Below are positions 26,394 to 35,935 of a DNA stretch of 40,165 bases, piece after piece. Origin of the DNA: a virus (Duplodnaviria; Caudoviricetes). The translations under genes were made by a program, and so were the position numbers. Position 1 is the first letter of the stretch; each line of letters starts with the position of its first letter. The notes beneath the pieces are model-generated. The model did not search any database. It was not told where the DNA came from and saw nothing but the letters and a program-made list of their open reading frames with translations. The DNA lies in the IMG/VR virus record IMGVR_UViG_3300018757_000006, positions 1 to 40,165 of that record, one strand, 5' to 3'.

Positions 26394-27458
26394 ATGACGG
26401 TAGTAAGGATTACCAATTTCAAGCCCGGCACAACGATCAAATCAGCAGAGGCAAACGCAGAATTTAATAATGTTGTAAAGGGTATTAACGACAACGAAAA
26501 AGTGATCAACAACCATAAGGGTGCGCCTGTACTTGACCACCCAGACGGATCGGTCACCACTGCAAAGCTCGCAAATAATGCAGTCACATCGAATAAGTTG
26601 GCTACGAGCAGCGTTACTCCTGAGAAGATTTCGGATGGTGCTGTGAGCGCTGCAAAAATTGCTGATGGAGCTGTGGTGACGGCAAAGATTGCAAACAGCG
26701 CTATTACATCGACAAAGATTGCTACCGGTGCGATCACAACTGATAAAGTGGCAAACGGAGCGATTACCGCCGACAAATTAGACCCGTCCTTATCCGCGTC
26801 AGACTTATCATTAAATCAGCATCGCTTAGCAGGTACTTTAGACCACCCAGACGGCTCAGTCACAACGGCAAAAATCGCAAATAGGGCAGTCACAGCAAGC
26901 AAAATCGCTTCAGCGGCTGTCACAACCGATAAAGTGGCAGACCGAGCCATTACAGCTGACAAATTAGATCCAGCTTTATCTTTAGGCGATGTAGTGAAAA
27001 TTGCGGACGTCTTATTGACGGGTGCATCTGTGACCATATCCAATTTACCGCAGACATTTGAGCATTTAAGGGCTATTGCTGTCACACGAAGTACCTATAC
27101 GGGTATCAGTGGTGAAGCATCCCATATTCTCAGATTAAACGAGGATAGATCTAACGTGTACTACCAAGTTGGAGCTACTACTGCTGATACGTTTTTTAGC
27201 TTGTCGCCAACGCCTGGAGCGCAAGCAGAACCTAACTGGTTTTCAATGACGGATATTTTTATAGGTAGTTACTCAAGTACAGATAAGGCGAAGACAGTCC
27301 TTGTCTCCCAACTAATAAAAATGAAAATTGGATCTTCAGGAGAAGCGCGGTTAAAAGGGGGAATTTATGGCTCCACTGATGCAATAACATCTCTTACTTT
27401 AAACACTTCATCTGAATATGCGCCCGGTTCAAGATTATTATTATACGGTTATAAGTAG
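26394..27458 (+). CDS. Tail fibre / receptor-binding protein
   Basis: F.PGTTIKSAEANAEFN anchor; 10-aa (G/S)A(V/I)TxxK(I/L)A repeats in two blocks; C-terminal beta domain ending GSRLLLYGYK. Confidence 0.75.
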   Translation: MTVVRITNFKPGTTIKSAEANAEFNNVVKGINDNEKVINNHKGAPVLDHPDGSVTTAKLANNAVTSNKLATSSVTPEKISDGAVSAAKIADGAVVTAKIANSAITSTKIATGAITTDKVANGAITADKLDPSLSASDLSLNQHRLAGTLDHPDGSVTTAKIANRAVTASKIASAAVTTDKVADRAITADKLDPALSLGDVVKIADVLLTGASVTISNLPQTFEHLRAIAVTRSTYTGISGEASHILRLNEDRSNVYYQVGATTADTFFSLSPTPGAQAEPNWFSMTDIFIGSYSSTDKAKTVLVSQLIKMKIGSSGEARLKGGIYGSTDAITSLTLNTSSEYAPGSRLLLYGYK

Positions 27459-27469
27459 GGGGGTCCAGC

Positions 27470-27703
27470 ATGATAAAGACCACATACGACTGTTCAACGG
27501 GTAAGTCTGTTCAAGATAACATGACCGCAGAGGAGATTGCAGAATGGGAGTTGGTAGGGAACACCCCTTCAACTCCGACACATGAGGACTTACTCATGCT
27601 GGCTCTATCTGACGCGCAGCTTAAACTGCAAGATCAACAGAACATGATCGACCAGTTAGCACTGGTTATCAGCGAGATGCAGATAGGAGGTAAGGAGGCA
27701 TGA
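27470..27703 (+). CDS. Tail-fibre-associated small protein (chaperone-like)
   Basis: Follows the fibre; P-rich linker plus coiled coil. Confidence 0.6.
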   Translation: MIKTTYDCSTGKSVQDNMTAEEIAEWELVGNTPSTPTHEDLLMLALSDAQLKLQDQQNMIDQLALVISEMQIGGKEA

Positions 27704-27831
27704 GTCCCAATCACTACATTTGGAAATATCTCTATGATCGTAAATTACGTTCTGCACCTGAAATAGAATTGGCCTATCAAAAAGACGTGCTTACAAAAGA
27801 AGAACGCGACGACATCCTGGGGGTGGGATGA
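27700..27831 (+). CDS. XkdX-like 43-aa protein (not in the ORF track)
   Basis: MSPNHYIWKYLYDRKLRSAPEIELAYQKDVLTKEERDDILGVG; AAGGAGG RBS; ATGA overlap. Confidence 0.65.
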   Translation: MSPNHYIWKYLYDRKLRSAPEIELAYQKDVLTKEERDDILGVG

Positions 27832-27835
27832 AAAC

Positions 27836-28861
27836 ATGGCTACAACAAAGTGGACAGGAAGCAGAGATCAGTTAGGATTTTCTGACTTCATTAATCAGAA
27901 TTCACAGTACAATTCGGATTTCATAAGAGGTTCTGGTAGTGGAGGGATGTTTGTTGAGTCATCCAACAAAAAGGCAGTAGACGCCTATAATGCCTATTTG
28001 ACCAGCATTAATAGCCCGTTGGCACCAAAGCAGCCATCAACTCCTGCGCCGACGACGCCAGCACCTTCAACACCAAAACCGACAACGCCGTCTCCAACAC
28101 CTACCCCAACGCCAGCACCAACGCCGACACCAACGCCGACACCAACGCCGACACCGACACCGACACCGACGCCCCAACCTGTAGCGCCGACCTACACGCC
28201 CACGCCTCTTAACCTACCACAATACAAGCAAATGTCATATGACGACGCGCGAAAGCAAGCTGCAGGGCAATTGGACCCGATGTATCAGCATGCGCTACAA
28301 GAGATACAGCGCCAGCGTGCCGTGAATGAGCAGCAGGCCGGTGATCTTGCTGCCTCGCGTGGTTTGGGCAGAAGCGGTCTGGCCGCGGATCTACAAAACA
28401 AAGTGAACATTGCGGCAATGCAGCAAGGATCCGGGTTAGCGGCACAAAGAGCGACACAGGAAGCACAGATGGCGCAAGCGTTAATCGATCAAGATTTTAG
28501 CCGACAGCAAGCGCTACGTGATGTGGCTCTACGTGAATATCTGGCGCAGAATCAGATCGGTCTGGGGGCAGCGGAATTTGATTGGCGAAAGCAAATGGGG
28601 CTTTCAGACTTGGATCTTCGTAATAAACAGTTCGATTGGCAAAAGCAGCAAGGGGACTCCGATCTGGATTTCCGGAACCGTCAATTCGATTGGCAGAAAG
28701 AACAAAGCGCAGCTGACCGAGCTTACCGCGAACAGCAGTTCAAGCAGCAACAGGAGCAATTCAATCGAGAATATGTCCTTCGTCAACTAGAAGCCATGGC
28801 AAGGGCCGGTATTGATATTTCAAAGTTGCAAGAAGAATATCTGCTCAAACCGTGGGGTTAG
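27836..28861 (+). CDS. Putative DNA ejection (internal virion) protein 1 with Pro-Thr linker
   Basis: (PT)n tract, A.RGLGRSG motif, Q-rich helices, QFDWQK repeats; position typical of podoviral ejection proteins. Confidence 0.6.
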   Translation: MATTKWTGSRDQLGFSDFINQNSQYNSDFIRGSGSGGMFVESSNKKAVDAYNAYLTSINSPLAPKQPSTPAPTTPAPSTPKPTTPSPTPTPTPAPTPTPTPTPTPTPTPTPTPQPVAPTYTPTPLNLPQYKQMSYDDARKQAAGQLDPMYQHALQEIQRQRAVNEQQAGDLAASRGLGRSGLAADLQNKVNIAAMQQGSGLAAQRATQEAQMAQALIDQDFSRQQALRDVALREYLAQNQIGLGAAEFDWRKQMGLSDLDLRNKQFDWQKQQGDSDLDFRNRQFDWQKEQSAADRAYREQQFKQQQEQFNREYVLRQLEAMARAGIDISKLQEEYLLKPWG

Positions 28862-28877
28862 AAAGGAGGAGAAAACT

Positions 28878-30248
28878 GTGGCAAGTGCAAAAGAGGAATG
28901 GGATCGATTTGTCGAGAGGTCGAAGAAAGAATCTGCAAAGAGCCCGCCTAAGGAGAAAGACAGAAACAAGGATCCATACGAAATATCCAGGGACCTTACC
29001 TTTTTTGGGGAGTCTGGACATTATGTAGGTGGCCGTAAGCTGTCGGAGAAAGAATCCGATGATCGATACGCTGCTGGCAACGGTTCAGCGGCAATGGGAG
29101 AGGTTGAAAGAAAGCGCGCACTGGCAGCAAAAAAGGGCTACGGATCAATTGGGGAAATGAATTACTACGAAAAAGACGATCCGGTCCTGGGTCTGGCTGA
29201 GCGTTACGTTTCCGGGAAATCGGGTACAAGCAGTAGCCGTAACCGCAGTGGAGACATCGACAATGACCCCTCTGTTGATCAATATTATCGCGACGATAAA
29301 GGGCGTGGCCGTGTGATGCTCCTTCCCAAGATGCAATACCAAACTGGCGTCAACCAACAGATTATCTCCAATGAAAAGGCAGACCGTGCGTTTCAGGCTC
29401 AACAAGATCAGCTGCAATTTGAAAATGAGCGCAGGCTTGTGGAATGGGAAGCAGCGCAACGCCAACAGGAATTCGCCAATCAAATGGCACAGCGGCAGTT
29501 TGGCTTGCAGGAGGGCCAACTAACTGGACGATACCGCTCGCAGGATGTTTCAAATCTGCTCAATCAGCTCGCCGCCCTCAAGCAACAAGGCTCTGCCGCT
29601 GGACAGTCATCCGACTACTATGCTGGTCTGAAGTCGCAAGCAGACACGATCCGTAATCAACTGGCTATGCAAGGACTTGATACGTCTGGCATCGGTTCAA
29701 GTGCAAGTTTGGATGACTTCTACCGAGCTGCAGGGCAGATGTATAACCCAACGCTTGGTGCGCAGGAAATGAACCAACGTGGGCAACAGTTTTCCCAGGA
29801 GCATGCTTTCCGCCAGCAGCAGGCAGAGATAGAAAATGCCCTACGCCGTGAACAATTCGAACGATCCAAGTTTGAATCGGACAGAGCGCACAGCCTTGAC
29901 CTTTCAAAACTACGTGTAGCTCAGACGAAAGCCAGCCAGCCATCAACACCAAAAGTAAGCAAACAACAAACCTATGCGGATGCACTTGCTGATTTCAAAC
30001 AGTATGTCGAAGAGGCGAAACAGGCAGGAACCTTCCAAGGTGCAGCAAGGATGGAGCAGGAGCTTTTCAGCAATCCAGCGTTTATCCAAAACTTAGTAGC
30101 GCAGGGTTACGACCTTGATGCTGCAGTGGACGCTCTCTACAACGCTGCTACAAATGGTCAGATGCGGACAAAAAAGGACGCTCTTGATTACGCGAAACAA
30201 GTGGAAAGAGAAGCAAAGCAACGGCTTGAAGAGGAATATGCATTTTAA
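28878..30248 (+). CDS. Putative DNA ejection protein 2
   Basis: GTG after AAGGAGG; Q/A-rich helical protein with QFGLQEGQLTG motif. Confidence 0.6.
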   Translation: MASAKEEWDRFVERSKKESAKSPPKEKDRNKDPYEISRDLTFFGESGHYVGGRKLSEKESDDRYAAGNGSAAMGEVERKRALAAKKGYGSIGEMNYYEKDDPVLGLAERYVSGKSGTSSSRNRSGDIDNDPSVDQYYRDDKGRGRVMLLPKMQYQTGVNQQIISNEKADRAFQAQQDQLQFENERRLVEWEAAQRQQEFANQMAQRQFGLQEGQLTGRYRSQDVSNLLNQLAALKQQGSAAGQSSDYYAGLKSQADTIRNQLAMQGLDTSGIGSSASLDDFYRAAGQMYNPTLGAQEMNQRGQQFSQEHAFRQQQAEIENALRREQFERSKFESDRAHSLDLSKLRVAQTKASQPSTPKVSKQQTYADALADFKQYVEEAKQAGTFQGAARMEQELFSNPAFIQNLVAQGYDLDAAVDALYNAATNGQMRTKKDALDYAKQVEREAKQRLEEEYAF

Positions 30249-30260
30249 GGAGAGGTGAGT

Positions 30261-33200
30261 ATGGGGATTTTTGGAGATGCTTTTCAAGAGGCGCATAACA
30301 ACTTATTGAAGAAGGAAGAGGAGCGGCGTCGTATCCGTGAAGAAGAGATTCAACGCGAACGATTGGCCGCTCTTCGCGCCCCAGCCCCACAACCTGTTCA
30401 GCAACCTTCTTCCTTTTCGGGTATCCCGCTGATTGGTGAGGAAGAACAACGAGCCTTGCAAAGAGGTACCACGAGAGGCGGCGCCCCACTTCCCGAAAAT
30501 ACTTTCCTTCGCGGATTGGCATTGCTCGGGGACGCTACCTTAGGCCGTATAGGATTCGCTGAAGAAAGCGATCCAACGGCTACAAAGGCCCTTTCCAGGG
30601 CGATAGACGTCGGGGGCAACATTGCCACGATTGGGGCCTCACATGCGCTGCAGAGTACGCCAGACAATCCGTACCAGCCAATCTCAACGGGTTCGGATGG
30701 TTTAGATAAGACAGCAGACATAGTGGGCACCATTGGCGGGTACGTTGGCTTTGGCCGATCATCTGGGACGGCTGGGGTTGGCCGTGCAGTCGAGCAAAAA
30801 ATAGCCCAGGCAGCTCCTGCTTTGCCGCGTATTGTCCAGCGCGCGGGAGGTGGGGCTGCAGAGGGTTTAATATCTGGGATTGGCGAGGAATTTGCCGATT
30901 ACCATCACGACTTCACAGGCCAGGACGAAACAGTAGGGCAGCGCTTGGGTAATATCGCCTTGGGTACTGGACTGGGTGGCGGGATCGGTGCTGTTGCAGA
31001 GCCCATTGGTAAAGGAATTGGATCGCTTCTTGAGCGATTAAAGAAGCCAGCACAAGAGGTAGCAGAGGAATCGAGATTAATGCCTGGAGAGGAAGCAATC
31101 GATGCAGTGGCCAGTGGACAGACTCCCTCCTTGATATCACGCATTACGGAGCCCATAAGCGATATTGGTGAACGACTTACAGGCGGTCAGCAAATGGGCT
31201 TCATGCCGTTCGCCAAACCAAAACCTTACGAAGCGTCAAAAGCGGATACAGCGTCTCAGATTGTCACCCGTGCGAATAAAGTTCAGATGCCATTGAATGA
31301 GCAGCTGGAAAACCTATATATGAAGTTCGTGGACGATTTGCGCGGCTTGAAGCGATTTGAAAACAGCGTGGAGGACGTCCTAGGACGCCCGTTAAACCCC
31401 GGAGATAAAGCATACATGCAGGCCCTTAATAGCAGAGGTAGCGACATGGTGGCGCGTCAGATTTTGACTGATAAGCTGGTGGATCATGCCGGCAATCCAG
31501 TCGGTAAATCATTGCGAGAAATCCTGCAACCTTTGCCAAAAGGGAAACTTCAAAGATTTGAAGACTATTTGATCAATAAACACGCGATCACCCGTTTTGA
31601 GCGCGGCGAAAAAGTGTACCGGAATGATCTTGAGTGGACGCCGGAGGTAGGAACGGAAAAGATCAAACAATTGGAAGCAGAATATCCTGAGTTTGCACAG
31701 ATGGCTGACGAGCTTTATCAATTCCAAAGGGAAGTCGTGAATAAATGGCTCGTAGATACTGGGTTGATTGATAAAAAAGTAGCTGAAAGCTGGTTTGAAG
31801 CTAATCCCTTCTATGTTCCAAACAAGCGGCAATTTACGGAGTTGGAGAAGCGTGGCGGGGCGGGAACTGGTATTAAGAAAGGATTTGCGAACCAGAAAGC
31901 GCCTGTGAAAGAATACTCGGAGACAGGTTCTCAGCGCCCCATTGTCAGCCCGATAGAGTCCATAATCGAGAACGTGGATGGCTTTGTAAAAGCTGCCAAG
32001 CGAAACGAGGCAATGCAGACGGTTGTCCGTAATCTCAAGCAAGCACCTGATGATTTAAAAGGATGGGCGGAGATTGTGGAGCCTCCGAAAAAAGTCACGG
32101 ATGCTACCAAACTGGATTTGACTGACCCAGATGCTTTGGATGATTTGTTAAGCCGGTTTACTGACGATTTTGACAAGTCCATGCAAAAACAACGGCTAGA
32201 TCACGATAACATTGTCCGGGCTATGGTGGATGGCCAGCCTGTTCATGTAAAGATCAACGACGGGATGCTGCTTGACGCACTTACGTCTCTTGGCCCAGAA
32301 GGAAAGCAATGGTTGTCAGATAAAGTTGGTGCTTTGACCAGGATGTTCAAGACCTTTACCACAGGAGCTAATCCGGTATTTGCCATTGCTCGAAATCTGC
32401 CTCGTGATGTTGTGCAGTCTTATGTGCAGTCAAAAACAGCAAAAAATCCTGTGACGTTCATGCGTGACATAGTTGGTGCATTTTTTGATATCTCGAAAAA
32501 TGGGGAAATGTATCAGAGATACAAAAATGTGGGTGGTGGTTATACAGGGCCAGTTTCCTCGGATATTAACCAGCTTGCGCGCACTAAAAGGCAACTCCTG
32601 CCCCAAACCGCAGGAAATGAATCAACCTCCGCAGGGCGGGTAATTGGGCGCGCTGCAGGCCCGTTAAAAAAGCCAGTTCTTAAAATATGGGATGGCTTTT
32701 GGGATATGATTAACGCGATGGAAAATGCCCCTCGTCTTGCTGAGTTTAAACGCATCTCCAAATATAAGGGCGAAGAAGCGATCATGAAGGCTTTATATGA
32801 AGCCCAGGAGGTATCCGTGAACTTTAGGCGGAGGGGTTCAGTTGCCAAGGAAATCGACAAGTGGTTCCCATACTTCAATGCAGCTATGCAAGGGTTGGAT
32901 AAAATCGCCCGCACTTTCAAAGATGATCCAGCACAAGCTGTTTTGAAATCCATTCTGTCACTTACTGTGCCTACTGTCGTCTTATACGCTCTAAACCGCG
33001 ATGATCCTGCATACCAGCAGTTGAGTAATTCCGTTAAAGACGACAACTGGTTAATCCCGAAGGGCGACGGGACGTTCTGGAAAATTGCTAAACCCCGTGA
33101 GCTAGCAACAGTGTTTAGTGACATTCCGGAACGAATGCTACGGCAATTCGCCGAAGAAGACCCAGAGGCTTGGAAGTCGTTCTCGAAACAGGTTATTAAC

Positions 33201-33866
33201 GCTTTTTTACCCCCAGGGGTGCAGGGTGTAACAAAAGATGTCATCAAAGACGGAATTCCCGGAGTGATGACTGGTGTAGTATCGGATACCATTGCAGCTC
33301 CTGCTGTGGATGTCGCAGCGAATCGAAATTTCTTAGATGCTCCCATTGTTCCGGGGACTCTTCAGAATTTGCCTCCTGAGCTGCAATACGACGAACAGAC
33401 AACCAGTTTGGCCAAAAGTTTGGGCCAAGCAACCGGTTCCTCTCCCAAGAAATTGGACTATCTGATGAGACAATACCTGGGCGGTGCCGCTGAGTTGGCC
33501 CAGCCACTCATGCAGCAAACCACAGGAGGAGAAAACGGGGGACAGAGGCTTTGGGAAGCGCTCAAGAAAAAAGTAACAGCTGACCCCGTTTATAGTAACG
33601 AAATCACCCAAGATTTTTACGAGAAAAAAGAAAAGCTGGATCAGGCTCGCGCGGTCTACATGCAGACAGGAGTTAAAAACGAAGACTTTGATGAATCGTT
33701 ACGAAAACGATACAACAGAGCAGCGGACAAAATTAGCGAACTTCGCAAGCTGGCTCGGAAGGTACAAGCTGACCAAGAAATGAGTGCGGAGCAAAAACGG
33801 CTTAAATTGCGAGAGATTCAGTCGAAAACACTGGAAATTGCACAAAAGGTCAAGAGAACAAATTGA
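30261..33866 (+). CDS. Large putative ejection / polyvalent protein (LPD38-like C-terminus)
   Basis: About 1200 aa; Gly-rich hydrophobic N-terminal segments; YVP, NP.F..RN..RD, NF.R.G...PYFNA..QG.DK, K.AKP.EL, SP.K.DY....Y.GG. Confidence 0.65.
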   Translation: MGIFGDAFQEAHNNLLKKEEERRRIREEEIQRERLAALRAPAPQPVQQPSSFSGIPLIGEEEQRALQRGTTRGGAPLPENTFLRGLALLGDATLGRIGFAEESDPTATKALSRAIDVGGNIATIGASHALQSTPDNPYQPISTGSDGLDKTADIVGTIGGYVGFGRSSGTAGVGRAVEQKIAQAAPALPRIVQRAGGGAAEGLISGIGEEFADYHHDFTGQDETVGQRLGNIALGTGLGGGIGAVAEPIGKGIGSLLERLKKPAQEVAEESRLMPGEEAIDAVASGQTPSLISRITEPISDIGERLTGGQQMGFMPFAKPKPYEASKADTASQIVTRANKVQMPLNEQLENLYMKFVDDLRGLKRFENSVEDVLGRPLNPGDKAYMQALNSRGSDMVARQILTDKLVDHAGNPVGKSLREILQPLPKGKLQRFEDYLINKHAITRFERGEKVYRNDLEWTPEVGTEKIKQLEAEYPEFAQMADELYQFQREVVNKWLVDTGLIDKKVAESWFEANPFYVPNKRQFTELEKRGGAGTGIKKGFANQKAPVKEYSETGSQRPIVSPIESIIENVDGFVKAAKRNEAMQTVVRNLKQAPDDLKGWAEIVEPPKKVTDATKLDLTDPDALDDLLSRFTDDFDKSMQKQRLDHDNIVRAMVDGQPVHVKINDGMLLDALTSLGPEGKQWLSDKVGALTRMFKTFTTGANPVFAIARNLPRDVVQSYVQSKTAKNPVTFMRDIVGAFFDISKNGEMYQRYKNVGGGYTGPVSSDINQLARTKRQLLPQTAGNESTSAGRVIGRAAGPLKKPVLKIWDGFWDMINAMENAPRLAEFKRISKYKGEEAIMKALYEAQEVSVNFRRRGSVAKEIDKWFPYFNAAMQGLDKIARTFKDDPAQAVLKSILSLTVPTVVLYALNRDDPAYQQLSNSVKDDNWLIPKGDGTFWKIAKPRELATVFSDIPERMLRQFAEEDPEAWKSFSKQVINAFLPPGVQGVTKDVIKDGIPGVMTGVVSDTIAAPAVDVAANRNFLDAPIVPGTLQNLPPELQYDEQTTSLAKSLGQATGSSPKKLDYLMRQYLGGAAELAQPLMQQTTGGENGGQRLWEALKKKVTADPVYSNEITQDFYEKKEKLDQARAVYMQTGVKNEDFDESLRKRYNRAADKISELRKLARKVQADQEMSAEQKRLKLREIQSKTLEIAQKVKRTN

Positions 33867-33891
33867 CTCTGTATCATCCAAATGTTACCAT
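33863..33891 (+). promoter_or_regulatory. Sigma-A promoter for a single-gene moron
   Basis: TTGACT-17 bp-TACCAT with extended TG. Confidence 0.6.
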
Positions 33892-33927
33892 GCAAGCAAA
33901 TAAGGCTTGATAGGTGGGATAGGGCGA

Positions 33928-34155
33928 ATGAAGCAAAAAATCAAAGACTATCTCGGTGGTTACCCGAAAGGATGTGGCCGAACAAGACGTGAGGTAATAG
34001 GTGGATGTTTCTTCATTATGTTGGCTGTTGCTCTGTATTTGGGATTACCGGGGTATGTCCTTGAGCTTTTAGGGTGGGCGGCTCCGATTCCCGAAGGGAC
34101 CTATTACGAAATCCGAGATGAAATTGATAACTCAGTTTTTTTCCGCAATCAGTAA
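33928..34155 (+). CDS. Small single-TM membrane protein (moron)
   Basis: 75 aa with VIGGCFFIMLAVALYLGLPGYVLELLGW; has its own promoter and terminator. Confidence 0.65.
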   Translation: MKQKIKDYLGGYPKGCGRTRREVIGGCFFIMLAVALYLGLPGYVLELLGWAAPIPEGTYYEIRDEIDNSVFFRNQ

Positions 34156-34177
34156 AAAATTAACTTCTAACGTATTA

Positions 34178-34205
34178 AAGCACTCTTAATCAAGGGTGCT
34201 TTTTA
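34178..34205 (+). terminator. Rho-independent terminator
   Basis: AAAGCACTCTT-AATC-AAGGGTGCTTT followed by T-rich sequence. Confidence 0.7.
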
Positions 34206-34238
34206 TATTTGTCCCATGAAGAGGGAGGATCGATAACC

Positions 34239-34499
34239 ATGCCTGACATGGAAATGAGCCGTGTTTTAAGCGATATCCGTGAACGAGTAGTTCGGGTCGA
34301 GACGAAAATCGACACGATGACGGATGTACGAGTTACCGCTGAAGAGGCGAAAGAAACTGCAAACGAGGCTTTACAGTACGGGAAATCTGCTCATCATCGG
34401 CTAAATGAAGTTGCCGACAATCAAAAATGGCTCTGGCGAACCGTGGTCGGCGCGGTAATTGCCGGAGCCATTGCACTTATGTGGAAGGGGATGAACTAA
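34239..34499 (+). CDS. XhlA-family haemolysin/holin-like protein
   Basis: I.ER.VR.ETK.D...SAHHRL.....NQKWLWRTVVGAVI. Confidence 0.82.
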   Translation: MPDMEMSRVLSDIRERVVRVETKIDTMTDVRVTAEEAKETANEALQYGKSAHHRLNEVADNQKWLWRTVVGAVIAGAIALMWKGMN

Positions 34500-34787
34500 A
34501 TGAACGAAACAGACTTGTTGACTTTGGCTGGGCAGTTTTTAATGGATCAGGTTTTGATTGTTGCTGTAGCCTTGTTAGCTATTGGAATGCTCATGAAGAA
34601 AACGCCAGGTGTTCCAGACTGGCTCATTCCCTGGATACTGACAGGATGCGGTATTGCTTTCTCCTGGGGTGTCTTAGGTGCATTCGATGTACAATCGGCA
34701 ATTCAGGGTATCCTGGCTGCAGCAGTCGCCAGTTGGGGGCATCAATTGTGGAAACAGACCACGGAAAAGCGAGGTGAAGGGCAATGA
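34500..34787 (+). CDS. Holin
   Basis: Three TM segments; K.TP..PDWLIP.IL...IQGIL.....GHQL.KQ; precedes the endolysin. Confidence 0.85.
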   Translation: MNETDLLTLAGQFLMDQVLIVAVALLAIGMLMKKTPGVPDWLIPWILTGCGIAFSWGVLGAFDVQSAIQGILAAAVASWGHQLWKQTTEKRGEGQ

Positions 34788-35437
34788 ACATTATCCAGGA
34801 TTTTATCCCCGCTGGACGTGCTAATCGACCAGGTAAGCAGCTCATCGGGACCAAATATATCACAATCCACGACACAGGTAACGCCAATCCCGGAGCTGAC
34901 GCCTTGGCCCATGCGAAGTACGTTAAAGGCGATAGTGCAGCCAGCCGTCCCGCCTCCTGGCACTTTACGGTAGACGACACAAACGTTATCCAGCACTTGC
35001 CTCTCAGCGAGGTTGCCTGGCATGCAGGGGACGGTAACGGGTCTGGAAACTCCTCAAGCATAGGAATTGAGATCTGTGAAAATGCAGACGGAGATCGTGC
35101 CAAGGCAGAAGAGAGGGCGGCTGAGTTGGCCGCCTTTCTTCTCAAGACGTACAAGCTTGGAATTGATGCAGTTGTCCAGCATAACAAATGGAGCGACAAA
35201 AACTGCCCCCGAATCATCAGGGGGCGTCCTGGTGGCTGGGAAGGCTTTTTAGAGAAGGTGAAGGATAAGATGGAACAAGCGAACAAATCTGAGAACGGTG
35301 CCGTAGACAAAGCAGCTGCCGAAAAGGTGATCGCTCTTCTTGGCGCCCTATGGACGGCCAGTGCTGACAAGAGTGTCCAAGCGGCGGCTCATCATGCTGC
35401 CAACTCTCTGCGTGATGCAGCCGGTATTCCTCGGTAA
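34784..35437 (+). CDS. Endolysin, N-acetylmuramoyl-L-alanine amidase (Amidase_2, XlyA/CwlA-like)
   Basis: YITIHDTGN, SWHFTVDD, AWHAGDG, SIGIEIC, VVQHNKWSDKNCP. Confidence 0.94.
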   Translation: MNIIQDFIPAGRANRPGKQLIGTKYITIHDTGNANPGADALAHAKYVKGDSAASRPASWHFTVDDTNVIQHLPLSEVAWHAGDGNGSGNSSSIGIEICENADGDRAKAEERAAELAAFLLKTYKLGIDAVVQHNKWSDKNCPRIIRGRPGGWEGFLEKVKDKMEQANKSENGAVDKAAAEKVIALLGALWTASADKSVQAAAHHAANSLRDAAGIPR

Positions 35438-35441
35438 TAGC

Positions 35442-35480
35442 AAAGCCCTCCTTCCGGTCAGCCGGGGGAGGGCTTTTTTT
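35442..35480 (+). terminator. Terminator of the lysis cassette
   Basis: AAGCCCTCCTTCCGG-TCAG-CCGGGGGAGGGCTT followed by TTTTT. Confidence 0.8.
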
Positions 35481-35530
35481 GTCCCAATGGGGTCAAGTAT
35501 GCTTTGGGAAACGAAAGGAGTTGTCACTCT

Positions 35531-35725
35531 ATGTTTCCATCGTTCTACTTTACTGTGACCTGGGAAGAAGCAGCAAATATCCGCCGTCAGCTTAATGATA
35601 TTGGCGTGCCTTATTTGTTAGACGCGTACCACGGCAAAGTGGCATTCCTATTCCCAGACATATCAGTAAGGATATATGGGCGGGTCCGGGAGATATTCGG
35701 TACGGATGGCCAGCGATTTATTTAA
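35531..35725 (+). CDS. Hypothetical protein
   Basis: 64 aa, AAGGAG RBS. Confidence 0.6.
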   Translation: MFPSFYFTVTWEEAANIRRQLNDIGVPYLLDAYHGKVAFLFPDISVRIYGRVREIFGTDGQRFI

Positions 35726-35860
35726 AGAGCTTTTTGATCAATGGGAATAACCTAGTTGTATGCGTACTTCTTCAGGTTTCTCGGCCATCCCCGTTGCGTT
35801 CCGGGAGGGTTTTTTTTGTTTTGTGAAACATAGAAAACGAAAGATAATTAACCTGTTCAC

Positions 35861-35909
35861 TTGACAATTCCAATAAAAAAAGTAAAATAGTTGACATGGT
35901 ACTCGTCAA
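35861..35909 (+). promoter_or_regulatory. Promoter and putative operator of the two-gene accessory operon
   Basis: TTGACA-16 bp-TAAAAT, immediately followed by inverted repeat TTGAC-N9-GTCAA (35891-35909). Confidence 0.55.
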
Positions 35910-35935
35910 TCACTTTGGCAAGGGATGGGATAAGG

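Noticed and set aside
26394-27458. Diversity-generating retroelement or invertible tail-fibre cassette
   Set aside because: No reverse transcriptase or invertase gene, and no adenine-specific template/variable repeat pair seen. The repeats are in-frame duplications.
23887-27831. Tail assembly chaperone programmed frameshift
   Set aside because: No tail tube/tape-measure arrangement or slippery-site gene pair. The module is podovirus-like.
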